Source: Treponema sp. (GTDB lineage Bacteria; Spirochaetota; Spirochaetia; Treponematales; Treponemataceae). Taken from it: DNA of 31,297 bases. Shown in pieces: positions 1-9,575 of the stretch (position 1 is the stretch's first letter; every line of letters starts with the position of its first letter). The notes under the pieces were generated by a model, which was given only the letters and a program-made list of their open reading frames with translations, was not told where the DNA came from and made no database searches. The position numbers and the translations under genes are program-made. The DNA is taken from NCBI GenBank assembly GCA_031290005.1, contig JAITOJ010000053.1, forward strand, positions 1 through 31,297, in the 5' to 3' direction.

Positions 1-49
1 TAAAATCGTTGGATATTTCATTTGCCCGTACCGCCAATGCCCCATTCAT
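1..49 (-). CDS. 5' fragment of a small gene running off the window (MNGALAVRANEISNDF...), possibly a Phd/YefM-type antitoxin
   Basis: ATG at 49 preceded by AGGAGG and its own promoter; only 16 codons are visible, so the family call rests on loose resemblance to Phd/YefM N-termini. Confidence 0.35.
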   Translation of the reverse strand, partial: MNGALAVRANEISNDF

Positions 50-108
50 AACCTTCACCTCCTGTAGATTTCCTTTCGGGCTGACAGCCCGGAAAACAAC
101 ATGCGGTG

Positions 109-138
109 AGTATAGCAAAACAGGGGAGCGGGTGTCAA
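109..138 (-). promoter_or_regulatory. sigma70-type promoter TTGACA-N18-TATACT for the gene starting at 49
   Basis: near-consensus -35 and -10 boxes read on the minus strand. Confidence 0.7.
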
Positions 139-169
139 GAGGGCGGCGTGAATTGCGAATTGCTGGTAT

Positions 170-1267
170 CTAACCTTCTAACACCACCGCGTCGCGCTGG
201 GCAATCAGGCTCAGTTCCGCTGCTTTGAAAGCGTGTTCCTGGGTCATGGCGTTTTCCGTGCGGTTCAGGCAGTCCAGAATCAACTGACCGAAATAGGGAT
301 ACCCCACTTTGCCGTTCACGTTGTAATACGCCTCTTCCTTGCCGTTCGCCAGAAACACATGCCCGCCGCCAGAATCTTTGATGCCCAGGTTCATATACTT
401 GCGCTGTTCGATAAATCCCTCAGTTCCCAGGATAAAGAGCCTGCCGTCCCCCCACATTTGAAGGCCCTCCGGGGTGAACCAGTCCACCCGGAAGTAACCC
501 GTGGCGTTGTTGTCCAGCACGATTTCCGCGTCCCCGAAATCATCCAGTTCAGGATACTGGGGGTGATTATAATTGGCAATATGACTCCGCGCCACCTTGC
601 CGTCTTTCGCGCCGGTATAATAGAGGATTTGTTCCACGTTATGACTGCCGATGTCGCAGAGGATGCCTCCGTAGTTCTTCTTGATAAAGAACCACTCGGG
701 CCGGCCGCCTCCAAAGCGTACTGACGAACCCAGACGATGAGGCCCGAACCCGATAACCTGTATGACCCTGCCGATAGCCCCCTGCTCAATAAGCTGACCG
801 GCGAACACCGCGGACTCCACGTGAATCCGCTCGCTGTAATAGACCGCGTACTTCTTGCCGGTTTTCTCCGCCATGTCCCGCGCCTGGGAAAGCTGTTCCA
901 GAGTGGTCAGGGGCGCTTTGTCGGTAAAATAATCCTTGCCCGCGGCCATGACCCTCAAACCAAGGGCGCAGCGCTCACTGGTCATAGTTGCCCCGGCAAC
1001 CAGCAAGACTTCCGGGTCATTCAAAACCGCTGCCTCGCTTGCAACGGGTTTTGCGCCCGGAAACGCCTTGGCAAAGTTTTGCATATAGTGCGGGTCAGGG
1101 TCATAGTAGCTTTTAAGCACTCCCCCGGCCTCGATTAACCCATTGCACATACCGTAGATGTGCCCGTGATACAAGCCGACCGCCGCGAATATAAATTCGC
1201 CGGGTTTCACCACCGGGGCAGGTTTCCCCTTGGGCGCGTAAGTCGAACCGTCGCTCACAACTGCCAT
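170..1267 (-). CDS. Gfo/Idh/MocA family oxidoreductase
   Basis: Rossmann-like N-terminus (FAAVGLYHGH), TDKAP motif, GGILCDIGSH; start moved to MAVVSDG (1267), which has an AAGGAG RBS and lies 1 nt after the upstream stop. Confidence 0.88.
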   Translation of the reverse strand: MAVVSDGSTYAPKGKPAPVVKPGEFIFAAVGLYHGHIYGMCNGLIEAGGVLKSYYDPDPHYMQNFAKAFPGAKPVASEAAVLNDPEVLLVAGATMTSERCALGLRVMAAGKDYFTDKAPLTTLEQLSQARDMAEKTGKKYAVYYSERIHVESAVFAGQLIEQGAIGRVIQVIGFGPHRLGSSVRFGGGRPEWFFIKKNYGGILCDIGSHNVEQILYYTGAKDGKVARSHIANYNHPQYPELDDFGDAEIVLDNNATGYFRVDWFTPEGLQMWGDGRLFILGTEGFIEQRKYMNLGIKDSGGGHVFLANGKEEAYYNVNGKVGYPYFGQLILDCLNRTENAMTQEHAFKAAELSLIAQRDAVVLEG

Positions 1268-1268
1268 A

Positions 1269-2444
1269 TTATTTCTCCTTTTTATAGTCAGCGCCGGTGG
1301 TAATTTCACCGGAAAAATCTGTTACAGAAGCGGATTTCTCATAAAACCGCGGAACATTCGCCAGGATTCCCTTTACGGTATAAAAGGAGTCGTCTTTTTT
1401 GAGCGGCAGCTTCACGGTACTTTCAGTCGTCCCGGATTTATATATCGCGGTAATCAGTTCCACGGTATTGCGCCCGTCCCAGCCCGTAATCGCGGGACGA
1501 CCGCCGGTTTCCAGTGCGGCCAGCACGTTTTCAATCTCGCCTGTATGCACCGTATAGCGCAGGGGCGGGATGGCTTCCACGAAATCAGTGAGCCGCTTCT
1601 CCAGAGCTTCGTCGTGTTCCTTGAGCGGGAAAGCGTTTTGCCCCGCCACATTGGCGCAGACCTTCCAGGGAGCGGAAATCCGCGCCTTTTCACCCTGAAA
1701 AATAAGCTGCTGCTCCTCGCCGTGGTGAATCACCGAACTGGTAATCTGGGCAAGGGCGCCTTTCGGATATTGCAGCACCGCCACAGACACATCCTCCACC
1801 TCGGCATTGTGGTGCGCCGCGTTACTGATGACCGCGGTCACCTTTTCGGGCATACCCATCATCCAGATGAGCATGTCTATATGATGCACCGCGTGATTCA
1901 GCGTACAGCCGCCGCCTTCGGTTTCCCACTTGCCCCGCCACCACAAATCATAGTAATGCAGGCCCCGCCACCAGAAAGAATCCACCTGGGCATGAAGCAC
2001 CCGGCCAATCATGCCCGAGTCAAGCGCCTTTTTGACCGCCGCAATGGGGTCGCGGAAACGGTTTTGGGCAATACAGGCCAGGGTTTTGCCGCTCGCTTTT
2101 TCGGCGGCCAGCATAGCGTCGCATTCTTCCAGGCTTGCGGCCATGGGTTTTTCCACAATCACACTGCATCCCGCTTCCAGGCAGTCAATGGCGATTTGCG
2201 CATGGCAGTACGGGGGCGTGCAGACACTCACCACGTCGATTTGCCCCTTCATGGCTTCCAGCATGGCGGTGTGATTGTCAAAAACCCGCGCGCCCTCAAG
2301 AGCGAATTTTGCTTTTTGTTCTTCAGCTTTCGCGGGAACAATGTCACACAGCGCCACAATCCGGCACCGTTCAGGAAAGCCCGCATAGGCTTCCGTATGG
2401 AGATGGGAAATATTACCGGTTCCCACAATCGCGACACGAATCAT
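1269..2444 (-). CDS. Gfo/Idh/MocA family oxidoreductase
   Basis: VAIVGTGNIS, VEKPMA, GGGCTLNHAVHHID motifs; the second Met (2444) follows GGAGG. Confidence 0.92.
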   Translation of the reverse strand: MIRVAIVGTGNISHLHTEAYAGFPERCRIVALCDIVPAKAEEQKAKFALEGARVFDNHTAMLEAMKGQIDVVSVCTPPYCHAQIAIDCLEAGCSVIVEKPMAASLEECDAMLAAEKASGKTLACIAQNRFRDPIAAVKKALDSGMIGRVLHAQVDSFWWRGLHYYDLWWRGKWETEGGGCTLNHAVHHIDMLIWMMGMPEKVTAVISNAAHHNAEVEDVSVAVLQYPKGALAQITSSVIHHGEEQQLIFQGEKARISAPWKVCANVAGQNAFPLKEHDEALEKRLTDFVEAIPPLRYTVHTGEIENVLAALETGGRPAITGWDGRNTVELITAIYKSGTTESTVKLPLKKDDSFYTVKGILANVPRFYEKSASVTDFSGEITTGADYKKEK

Positions 2445-2460
2445 TTTTTCCTCCATGAAT

Positions 2461-4404
2461 CTATAAATCTATCTGTTTAACGGCTCTGCCGTCCGGTTCT
2501 ATCGTCCCGCCGGGTATTTCGCGTCTGAACGGAGACGCCGGAAGCCCCTCGCTGTTATACAACTGCCGGTCAGCCGGATTGTCCGCCCAGGCGTATAAAA
2601 TCTTTTTCGAGCCGGGGAAGCCGCCCAAATCTACCACAAGCCGGTTCGGGGTCTCAATCCGTGCCAAGAGCCGCGTTGGCATCCCCGTTTCAGAGATAAC
2701 GCTCACAAACACGGGATATTCAGGGGAAACAAGCCCCGTCTCATTCCGCGCGGTCAGCCCCGCGCCGCAGTTATCGAACTCAAGAATCAGGGTATCCTTC
2801 CGCCGCCAAAGGCTCCGCAGCGTCGGCCCCGGCGAGGTGTTTGTGCCGTGGTACGCCGTTTTTTCCGCGGCCAGGGCAAGGCGCTCCCCCACCCCTTTTT
2901 TATTTACCGGATGCAGGTCATTCCATTCCCCCAAGTCAAGGCCCGTTGCCATGCCCGTCGCAGGAAGAGCCAGCGCTTCTTGCTGGGCTTCCCGCACCTG
3001 GGCCCAGGTGCTTGTTTCGGTATTTTCCCCAGGTTTTCCGAAAAGGGGAAGCTGGACAAACAAAAACGGCAGAGCCGGATTCTTTGCCCAGACACGCCAG
3101 TCTTTTATCAGAGAAACAAAAAGCGCGGCGTAATCGGCGGAGTTTTTGTCGTTGGACTCCCCCTGATACCAGATAACGCCCGCAAAGGGATACTCCAGAA
3201 GGGGCGCAATCATGCCGTTAAAAAGCCCCATGGGCTGCCAGTGAAAGAAAAAATCTTTGGGGCGGGTCACCGTCCGCATACCAATTTTGTATTTCCATTG
3301 TCCCGCCAATTCCACCGCCCCCCAGATGGAAAAGAGCCGGAAGGGTTTGTCTGTGGTGATTCCCCCGTCCCCGCCGCCTGAGACCACCCGGATGGTAATC
3401 TGATTCTCCCCTTCCCGGAGCAGTCCGGCGGGAATTGCATATTTCCGGGGCGGATAGCGGTAACCCGTACTTCCAATCTCCACGCCGTTAATGTACGCCT
3501 GGTCGGAATCCACAATCGTGCCGAGCCAGAGCCCGGCTTCCTTCCCGCCGCATCCTTGGGGGACAATAAACCGGCGGCGGAGCCAGAGGGCACCGCAAAA
3601 GCCTTCCAAGCCGTTGGTGCGCGCGAAATCTCCGGGCAGACCGATTTCCCTCCAATCCGAATCATCCATGGCGGAGGAAGCCCAGCTTTCCGCCAACCCT
3701 TTGTCGTTGTTCCGCACACACCTTTCCCATTCACATATGTCCGCCGCGGCTTTTGTAAGAATTTCCTCCCGCAGCCCGGAATCGGCATATTGTTCACCCA
3801 GAGCAACAGTCCGGGGAAATTCCGCCAGAGCTTCCCGGCTCATAAAAGCTTCCGCCGGAGCGCCTCCTACCGCGGCGACCATGAGTCCCACAGGAACGCC
3901 CTGCTTTTCGGCAATCTTTTTTGCGAAAAACCACGCGGTTCCGGAAAAATTCAGAAGGCTTTGGGCATCCGCCTGAACCCAGGGGACTTTGGGCGCTGCT
4001 GTTCGCGGCCCGGAAAAATCCCAGGTATACGGCAGCATATACTGGCGGATACAGGGGAACGAAGGGGCAGTCAGTTCTTCGGGAAAATCATCTTTCAGGC
4101 GCGTTATGGGCAATTCCATATTGGACTGCCCGGCGCACAGCCACACATCTCCCACATAGACGTCCTCCAGGCGAGCCGTATCCGCGCCGTCAGAACCAAC
4201 AGCTTCCAGAACAAAAGGCCCGCCAGATGCCGCGCTCTCCAGGAGAATGTACCAGACGCCGTCCGGGTCTGTTTGGGTTCGGTATGTTTTACTCAAAAAG
4301 GAAAGGGTAAGCCCGGTCGAGGGAAGATACTTCCCCCGCACCGGAAACCGCGCCCCCCGCTGAATTACCATCCCCTCAGCGACAGGGGCGAAAAACTCAA
4401 TCAT
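2461..4404 (-). CDS. sialate O-acetylesterase-like (SASA/SGNH) carbohydrate esterase with an inserted galactose-binding-like domain
   Basis: WLCAGQSNME (catalytic Ser), VIWYQGESN, DLHPVNK (DxH). Confidence 0.88.
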   Translation of the reverse strand: MIEFFAPVAEGMVIQRGARFPVRGKYLPSTGLTLSFLSKTYRTQTDPDGVWYILLESAASGGPFVLEAVGSDGADTARLEDVYVGDVWLCAGQSNMELPITRLKDDFPEELTAPSFPCIRQYMLPYTWDFSGPRTAAPKVPWVQADAQSLLNFSGTAWFFAKKIAEKQGVPVGLMVAAVGGAPAEAFMSREALAEFPRTVALGEQYADSGLREEILTKAAADICEWERCVRNNDKGLAESWASSAMDDSDWREIGLPGDFARTNGLEGFCGALWLRRRFIVPQGCGGKEAGLWLGTIVDSDQAYINGVEIGSTGYRYPPRKYAIPAGLLREGENQITIRVVSGGGDGGITTDKPFRLFSIWGAVELAGQWKYKIGMRTVTRPKDFFFHWQPMGLFNGMIAPLLEYPFAGVIWYQGESNDKNSADYAALFVSLIKDWRVWAKNPALPFLFVQLPLFGKPGENTETSTWAQVREAQQEALALPATGMATGLDLGEWNDLHPVNKKGVGERLALAAEKTAYHGTNTSPGPTLRSLWRRKDTLILEFDNCGAGLTARNETGLVSPEYPVFVSVISETGMPTRLLARIETPNRLVVDLGGFPGSKKILYAWADNPADRQLYNSEGLPASPFRREIPGGTIEPDGRAVKQIDL

Positions 4405-4413
4405 AGTAAACTA

Positions 4414-6000
4414 TTACGGCTCAAAATATTTTTCCGCCTTCTCGTTGATTACGAGCTGTGCGCCCGAAGCGAGCCAGTCTTTAAGCGCGTCATCGTATGT
4501 TTTGTCAAAATTCGCGGGCGCGCAGGTGACGCTTGAAGCCATGAGAGTGACGCCTTTTTCAACCAGGGTCTGGGTCACCGCGCCGCCGGCGGTCAGGGCC
4601 ACGGGAACCACCGGGCCGGGCGCCGCGTTGGTCATGGCGATATTGTAGGCATTGGCAATCATGTCAGCGGGCCAGGAATAGGCGTTGGCAAGAGCGCGGG
4701 CAGTCAAATCCGGGTCGTTCAAATCAAGGCCGTTGATATGAATGGTATAGTCGATGTTTTGGGCGCTGTTCTGAATCCAGAGGCCCGAGGTCGACTTAAT
4801 CTTGGGGATACCGTCAATCACGTCATGGGTAGTGCCCTCTGGCCCGATTTGCAGGAAATTATAATTTTCATACCGGGCAAGCCAGTTGATATACCGCATG
4901 GCGGCGTCAGTGTCTTTGCAGGAAGCGGGAATAAAATAGTTCACCCCCGCGGCGTCATAGGCGATTTTGCGAGTCAGGCCGTCGGAACTGACCATGCAGT
5001 CCACAGGCACCAGTTCAGCGCCGGGCACGTTTTTCACCAAATCCGCCAGAGCGCCGGGGCTTTCCCGGTAAATGTGATCCCAGTTGTGCCCCAGAGCGCC
5101 GACAAAACCGGCCTTCACCTGATTAAAGAAATCATCGTCGGACTTATACAGGGGGAAATCCCGGTCAATCAAGCCGGCGTGATACATTCTGTTCAGGAAC
5201 CGGAAACCTTCCTTGTAGCCAGGAAGCAGGAAATACCGGTCGGCGGCGGTAGTAACCCAGTAATCCCGGGCGCTGATGTCCGGGTCGATGAAAGACTCCA
5301 GGATGATACCGGCTGTCCAGCGGATGTCGTTGGTCATGCTGAAAGGAATCACCTTATCCTTGCCTACGTTGCCGGGGTCTTTTTCCTTGAAGGCAACTAG
5401 GGCGTCATAAAACTCCTGGGGAGTGGTGGGCAGGGGCAGGCCCAGCTTGTCCAGCCAGTCCTTGCGCATAAACAGATTAAGCCGCGCGGTATTCATGCGC
5501 CGGGCGGGCAGGGAAAATACCTTGCCGGTTGCGGTGTCCTGATTGCGCCGGATAAAATCCCGTCCGGGAAGCGCCTTGTCCGGCCCCAGAAAGACTTTCA
5601 GGTCTCTGAGGGTGGTGTCAAGATACGGGCCCATGTCAAAAAGCCCGCCCAAATCACGGTAGTTTCCAATTAACTCACCGGAATAGGAAAGGCACACATC
5701 CGGGGGATTCCCGGCAGCCATCAGGTTATTGAGAGCGGTATTTTCGTCCCACCGGGACACAGAAACAAAAGTGACCTTGATGTTTTCATCTTTCAGAATC
5801 TTTTCCTGAATCCACTTTGTCCAATTATTGTTGGTGGGGTCAGACTTGCCGCCGTCGGTTCCCCGGTCAAAAATTTCCACAGTGATTTCCGCCGGTTTTC
5901 CCGAGCCGGGACCAGCGGAATTTTTTCCCTTGCAGCCAACAGCAAAGACCAACAGTCCTGCCAGCAGAGATGCAAAAACAATTACAGTGATTTTTTTCAT
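4414..6000 (-). CDS. sugar ABC transporter substrate-binding lipoprotein (LplA-like)
   Basis: lipobox AVGC; MRKDWLDKLGLPLPTTPQEFYDALVAFKEKDP motif typical of LplA-like SBPs; ATG 6000 follows GGAGG. Confidence 0.9.
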   Translation of the reverse strand: MKKITVIVFASLLAGLLVFAVGCKGKNSAGPGSGKPAEITVEIFDRGTDGGKSDPTNNNWTKWIQEKILKDENIKVTFVSVSRWDENTALNNLMAAGNPPDVCLSYSGELIGNYRDLGGLFDMGPYLDTTLRDLKVFLGPDKALPGRDFIRRNQDTATGKVFSLPARRMNTARLNLFMRKDWLDKLGLPLPTTPQEFYDALVAFKEKDPGNVGKDKVIPFSMTNDIRWTAGIILESFIDPDISARDYWVTTAADRYFLLPGYKEGFRFLNRMYHAGLIDRDFPLYKSDDDFFNQVKAGFVGALGHNWDHIYRESPGALADLVKNVPGAELVPVDCMVSSDGLTRKIAYDAAGVNYFIPASCKDTDAAMRYINWLARYENYNFLQIGPEGTTHDVIDGIPKIKSTSGLWIQNSAQNIDYTIHINGLDLNDPDLTARALANAYSWPADMIANAYNIAMTNAAPGPVVPVALTAGGAVTQTLVEKGVTLMASSVTCAPANFDKTYDDALKDWLASGAQLVINEKAEKYFEP

Positions 6001-6145
6001 ACGTTCCTCCATAGTACAGAGATAAATTAATGTTATTTTACTTCACTATCGGGAGTAACCGCAATGGCAAAACACAAGAAATAAAGTACAAATTACAGAT
6101 GAAACACTCAAATTCAAAACTTGAAATTGAACTAAACCACATTCT

Positions 6146-8257
6146 TCACAGAGCGTTGATTGCCGAAGCAAACCAGATCACGCGGCTGGAAAACCAGTTT
6201 TTAACTTTGTTCACCGCTTCCTGATAGGTCGCCGGGTAGGTGTTGACCGGAAAATATCCTCCGCTCGAAGAAAGCGGCGCTTCAAAGCTCCACACCGGGG
6301 TATTGGCCTTGAGAATATCCCATTTCTGGAAATTCTTCTGCTGCGCTCCCCCGTTCAAATAGGCGGCGCGGGTGTCGATAAAGCCGCCGGAAACGTACAG
6401 GGCCTCCACTTCCGCTTTTTTGGCGTTCCACCGGGCCTTCACCGCGTCCACAAAGGCGGGGTCTTCAAAGAACCGGTTTATCCAGACCGCGCCCTGGGCG
6501 GCGGCGCCCAATCCCCAGCCCGGCAGCCAGGGCCAGGGATTACTGCTTGCGGGCGCGGCTTTTATCCAAAAACCTTCGGCTGTGTCGCAGGTGTCGTAGT
6601 TGATGTTTCCAAAGGCCATATCAAAATCCCAGAGGGGGCCAAAAAAGTATTTACCCGCATCGGGTTTGTAGTAAACATAGACGCTGCTGTAGAAATTGGC
6701 GTCGTGATTTTTGGTGATTTCATTCACCAGATACCAGTCGACGATGGAATCCACGTCAAAGTATTTCCGGTATCCCTCAGGGCCGGCAAAGTTCGCGGCG
6801 TAGAGGGCATTTTCCGCGGCCTGTACATCGGCTTGAACCTTCTGCCAGACCGTTTTGCTGGTCTCTTCAATGACCGTATCCAGGGCCTCGTCGGGGTCGG
6901 AGCAGGAAAAAACGACCTTTTTTGTGGTGGTAAAATTAAACAGTTCCCCTTTCCGCTGGTCAACTTCGATAACATAGCCGCCGCCGGGATTATCCGCCGC
7001 GATTTCATCCCCCACGCTCACCCGGTTTTCATCAAGTTTAATAGCCTCTGTAAGCTGATACAGCCCTTGATACACACCGTTCATATACAGGTCAACCGCT
7101 TGCGAACGGGGCGTCCAGGCCAGTCTGTCAAAAATTTCCCCCATTTTGAAGGCAATTTCCGTGCGGAGCAGGCTTTTATCCGAGTGGTTTGCCAGAAGAT
7201 TCCAGCGTTTATGACTGGGCATACCAAGGATGGATTTTTTTGAATTTAGTTTGAGGGCAAAGGGTTTTTTGTTAAAGGAAGTCCAGGTGCTGTTTCCCCG
7301 GCCCTTAATATCGGTGGTTCCAGACAGCAGCAGCTCCCCGGCGGTGTCAAAAAGCTGATAGCCTTTTCCCACAATCCAGGTCTCGGTGTTGGTAACGGAT
7401 TCTTTTACGATGTCAAGCGCCACAACTGGCAGTCCTGTCAAAGTGACATAAGACGGAAGGTCATTCGCCGGTTCCTCAGGCGCCGCCGGATCTTTGACAA
7501 CCACCGGATTCCAGGTTCCGGCGGCGCTGTTCCGGGGCCGGTATAACGCCAGTTCCTCATCGGTGACGCCTTTATCCGGGGCGCGGTAGTCTATGCCCTC
7601 AAAATCAGCCGCGTTGTTATCCGTGTCAACAAGGCTGATTCGCCGGGCAGCTTTCTGTTTGGAGAGCAAAAAGGGAAATTCGGTTTCATAGCCGTCAATA
7701 GCGAGTTTTTTCGGGTCACCGGCTTCCAAATCTTTTGAGTCGTTATCCGCGGAACCGAACATATCGGTATACCCCGCGGCTGTTGTTCCGTCCCCGTCGG
7801 TATTAAAAGGATTCGCCACAGTGAAGGCTGTGGTATTTTTTACCACGCAGACCTTGAATGTTTTGTTGCTGAAAATCTTGTCAGCCCAGGTTATGTCCGC
7901 CTTGCCGGCCAGGTCGAGCCGGGGAGCCGTATTTGTTGGCGCGCCCAGAATCAGGAAAGAAGATTTCGCGGGAATGGTTTCCCCGGACAAATCCAGCGCT
8001 TCCCATTCGGTTCCGCCCTCGCTGTATTGCAGGGAATATCCCGTAAGGTCAACCGGAGAATCAGTGTTGTTATACAATTCAACAAACGAATGAGACACCG
8101 CTCCATCGGTCTTGTCCCCAGTGCCATAGGCTTGCAGGATGAGTAATTTCCCCGCCTCTTTCGTGTCCGGATCTGTTGTGATATCGCAGCCTGCGCACAG
8201 TATTCCGAACGCCAGCGCCGCAAAGAAGATACCCGCAAAAAATCGGTTGTGTTTCAT
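6146..8257 (-). CDS. lipoprotein with N-terminal lamin-tail-like domain and CotH kinase domain
   Basis: signal ending CAGC; FVELYNNTDSPVDLTGYSLQY (LTD); IKGRGNSTW, WNLLANHSDKSLLR, GPLWDFDMAFGN (CotH); AAGGAG before ATG 8257. Confidence 0.88.
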   Translation of the reverse strand: MKHNRFFAGIFFAALAFGILCAGCDITTDPDTKEAGKLLILQAYGTGDKTDGAVSHSFVELYNNTDSPVDLTGYSLQYSEGGTEWEALDLSGETIPAKSSFLILGAPTNTAPRLDLAGKADITWADKIFSNKTFKVCVVKNTTAFTVANPFNTDGDGTTAAGYTDMFGSADNDSKDLEAGDPKKLAIDGYETEFPFLLSKQKAARRISLVDTDNNAADFEGIDYRAPDKGVTDEELALYRPRNSAAGTWNPVVVKDPAAPEEPANDLPSYVTLTGLPVVALDIVKESVTNTETWIVGKGYQLFDTAGELLLSGTTDIKGRGNSTWTSFNKKPFALKLNSKKSILGMPSHKRWNLLANHSDKSLLRTEIAFKMGEIFDRLAWTPRSQAVDLYMNGVYQGLYQLTEAIKLDENRVSVGDEIAADNPGGGYVIEVDQRKGELFNFTTTKKVVFSCSDPDEALDTVIEETSKTVWQKVQADVQAAENALYAANFAGPEGYRKYFDVDSIVDWYLVNEITKNHDANFYSSVYVYYKPDAGKYFFGPLWDFDMAFGNINYDTCDTAEGFWIKAAPASSNPWPWLPGWGLGAAAQGAVWINRFFEDPAFVDAVKARWNAKKAEVEALYVSGGFIDTRAAYLNGGAQQKNFQKWDILKANTPVWSFEAPLSSSGGYFPVNTYPATYQEAVNKVKNWFSSRVIWFASAINAL

Positions 8258-8390
8258 GTATGACTCCTTGGGCTTAGAGTATCGAGAAATAATACCATAC
8301 ACAATGGAGAAAAAAAAGAAACATAGTGTAAATTACCGGCTTTTTTGAAAAAAAACCAGAAGCCTTGATTTACACATCAAAACTCCTTCT

Positions 8391-9560
8391 TCAAAATGAT
8401 ACAGATAGTATCTGGCCTAATCCTCGCTCGCCTATTTCCAGGATAAAAACATCAGGTTCCTGAGATAAAATATAATTGTAATTTTTTTTGCCGCCCTCAT
8501 CCCAAACATATTCAGCAGCAGAAAAAATACAAGAAGTAAAAGGCTCAAGAGTCAGAAAGAAAGAATCTCGGAAAATAAGCGCTTTAGGCAGACGGTTATC
8601 CAGGTTTAGCGTACTTGCACTGAACCTCCCCGGTTCAATATCCGCCCGCGCGGCAGTTTCTTCCGCAGTCCGCTTCTCGGTTTTTTTAATATATCTATAG
8701 TGACTTTCCCAACCGTCAAAGGGTTCAATTTTTAGTAATTCAGCAGGATGTATATCTTTTTCCTTAAGAGAAAGATATGCTATACTATCCTCACCGGTGT
8801 CCCGATAAACACTATATTTATATTCTATGTCAGGAATGTTTGGAAAATCCGGTTTTAGTATATTGTATAACAATTGATATACATAATACGCTCCAAGCTC
8901 ATTCCAGTGGGTTCCGTTAGGATAATACAATGGCTGTTCATGCTCAGGTTTTTTTGAAACAAGATAATCTCTGGGGTACATTACTTTTCCCCTCAAATAT
9001 TCAGGCAAGGCATTTATTACCTGATCAGCTTGCGTATTTCCTTCTGGTCTGGGAAACGGATACTTTTCAGGATAAATCGAGTGTTTTTCAGGGGCAATCA
9101 AAAATAAAAATCTAATACCGTGGCTGTCGCAAAAATAATCAATTTCCACGATTTTATCTATTGTCGTCTGCAATTGTTTATCCGTTAGAAGATTTTGTTT
9201 AAGAAAATCAGAAAGGCTATCACCGTTTCGTTTGTTTATGTAAAACAACCAATTGTCTTTTCCCACAAACACATCGTCATTATGTTTATTTTGCAATACA
9301 TAATAACTAAAATTATTCATCATGGTAATATATTGGTCTCTAAAACCAAACCGGTCGTTCAGATATTTATCAATATATCCCGGCATCTTCATAATGGATT
9401 TTACATTTAATTTGCCGTCCGCGACAAGAGAAACAGGGGGAATACTTGCAAGCACTCGTTTTTCCGTCTCCGATATTGTACTTTTTCTATCCATCAAAAT
9501 GAGGGGAACTATAATAATACCAATGAATAAAAATATAAAAATGATGCGCAAAATTTTCAT
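8391..9560 (-). CDS. AlgJ/AlgX/DHHW-like SGNH O-acyltransferase
   Basis: N-terminal TM anchor; VFVGKDNWLFY, APEKHSIYPE, THWNELGAY, IFRDSF; directly downstream of an MBOAT gene. Confidence 0.8.
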   Translation of the reverse strand: MKILRIIFIFLFIGIIIVPLILMDRKSTISETEKRVLASIPPVSLVADGKLNVKSIMKMPGYIDKYLNDRFGFRDQYITMMNNFSYYVLQNKHNDDVFVGKDNWLFYINKRNGDSLSDFLKQNLLTDKQLQTTIDKIVEIDYFCDSHGIRFLFLIAPEKHSIYPEKYPFPRPEGNTQADQVINALPEYLRGKVMYPRDYLVSKKPEHEQPLYYPNGTHWNELGAYYVYQLLYNILKPDFPNIPDIEYKYSVYRDTGEDSIAYLSLKEKDIHPAELLKIEPFDGWESHYRYIKKTEKRTAEETAARADIEPGRFSASTLNLDNRLPKALIFRDSFFLTLEPFTSCIFSAAEYVWDEGGKKNYNYILSQEPDVFILEIGERGLGQILSVSF

Positions 9561-9575
9561 ACCGCCTCCGATCTA

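Noticed and set aside
55-102. 15-codon leader ORF (MLFSGLSARKEIYRR) and small hairpin (77-91) upstream of the gene at 49
   Set aside because: Too short to distinguish from chance; no attenuator features.
233-4536. Many 60-330 aa ORFs overlapping the oxidoreductase and esterase genes
   Set aside because: Antisense or alternate-frame shadows of well-supported genes; no motifs or RBS support.
6109-6129. AT-rich imperfect inverted repeat after the CotH gene
   Set aside because: Weak stem with a mismatch and no clear U-tract; cannot be called a terminator or operator.
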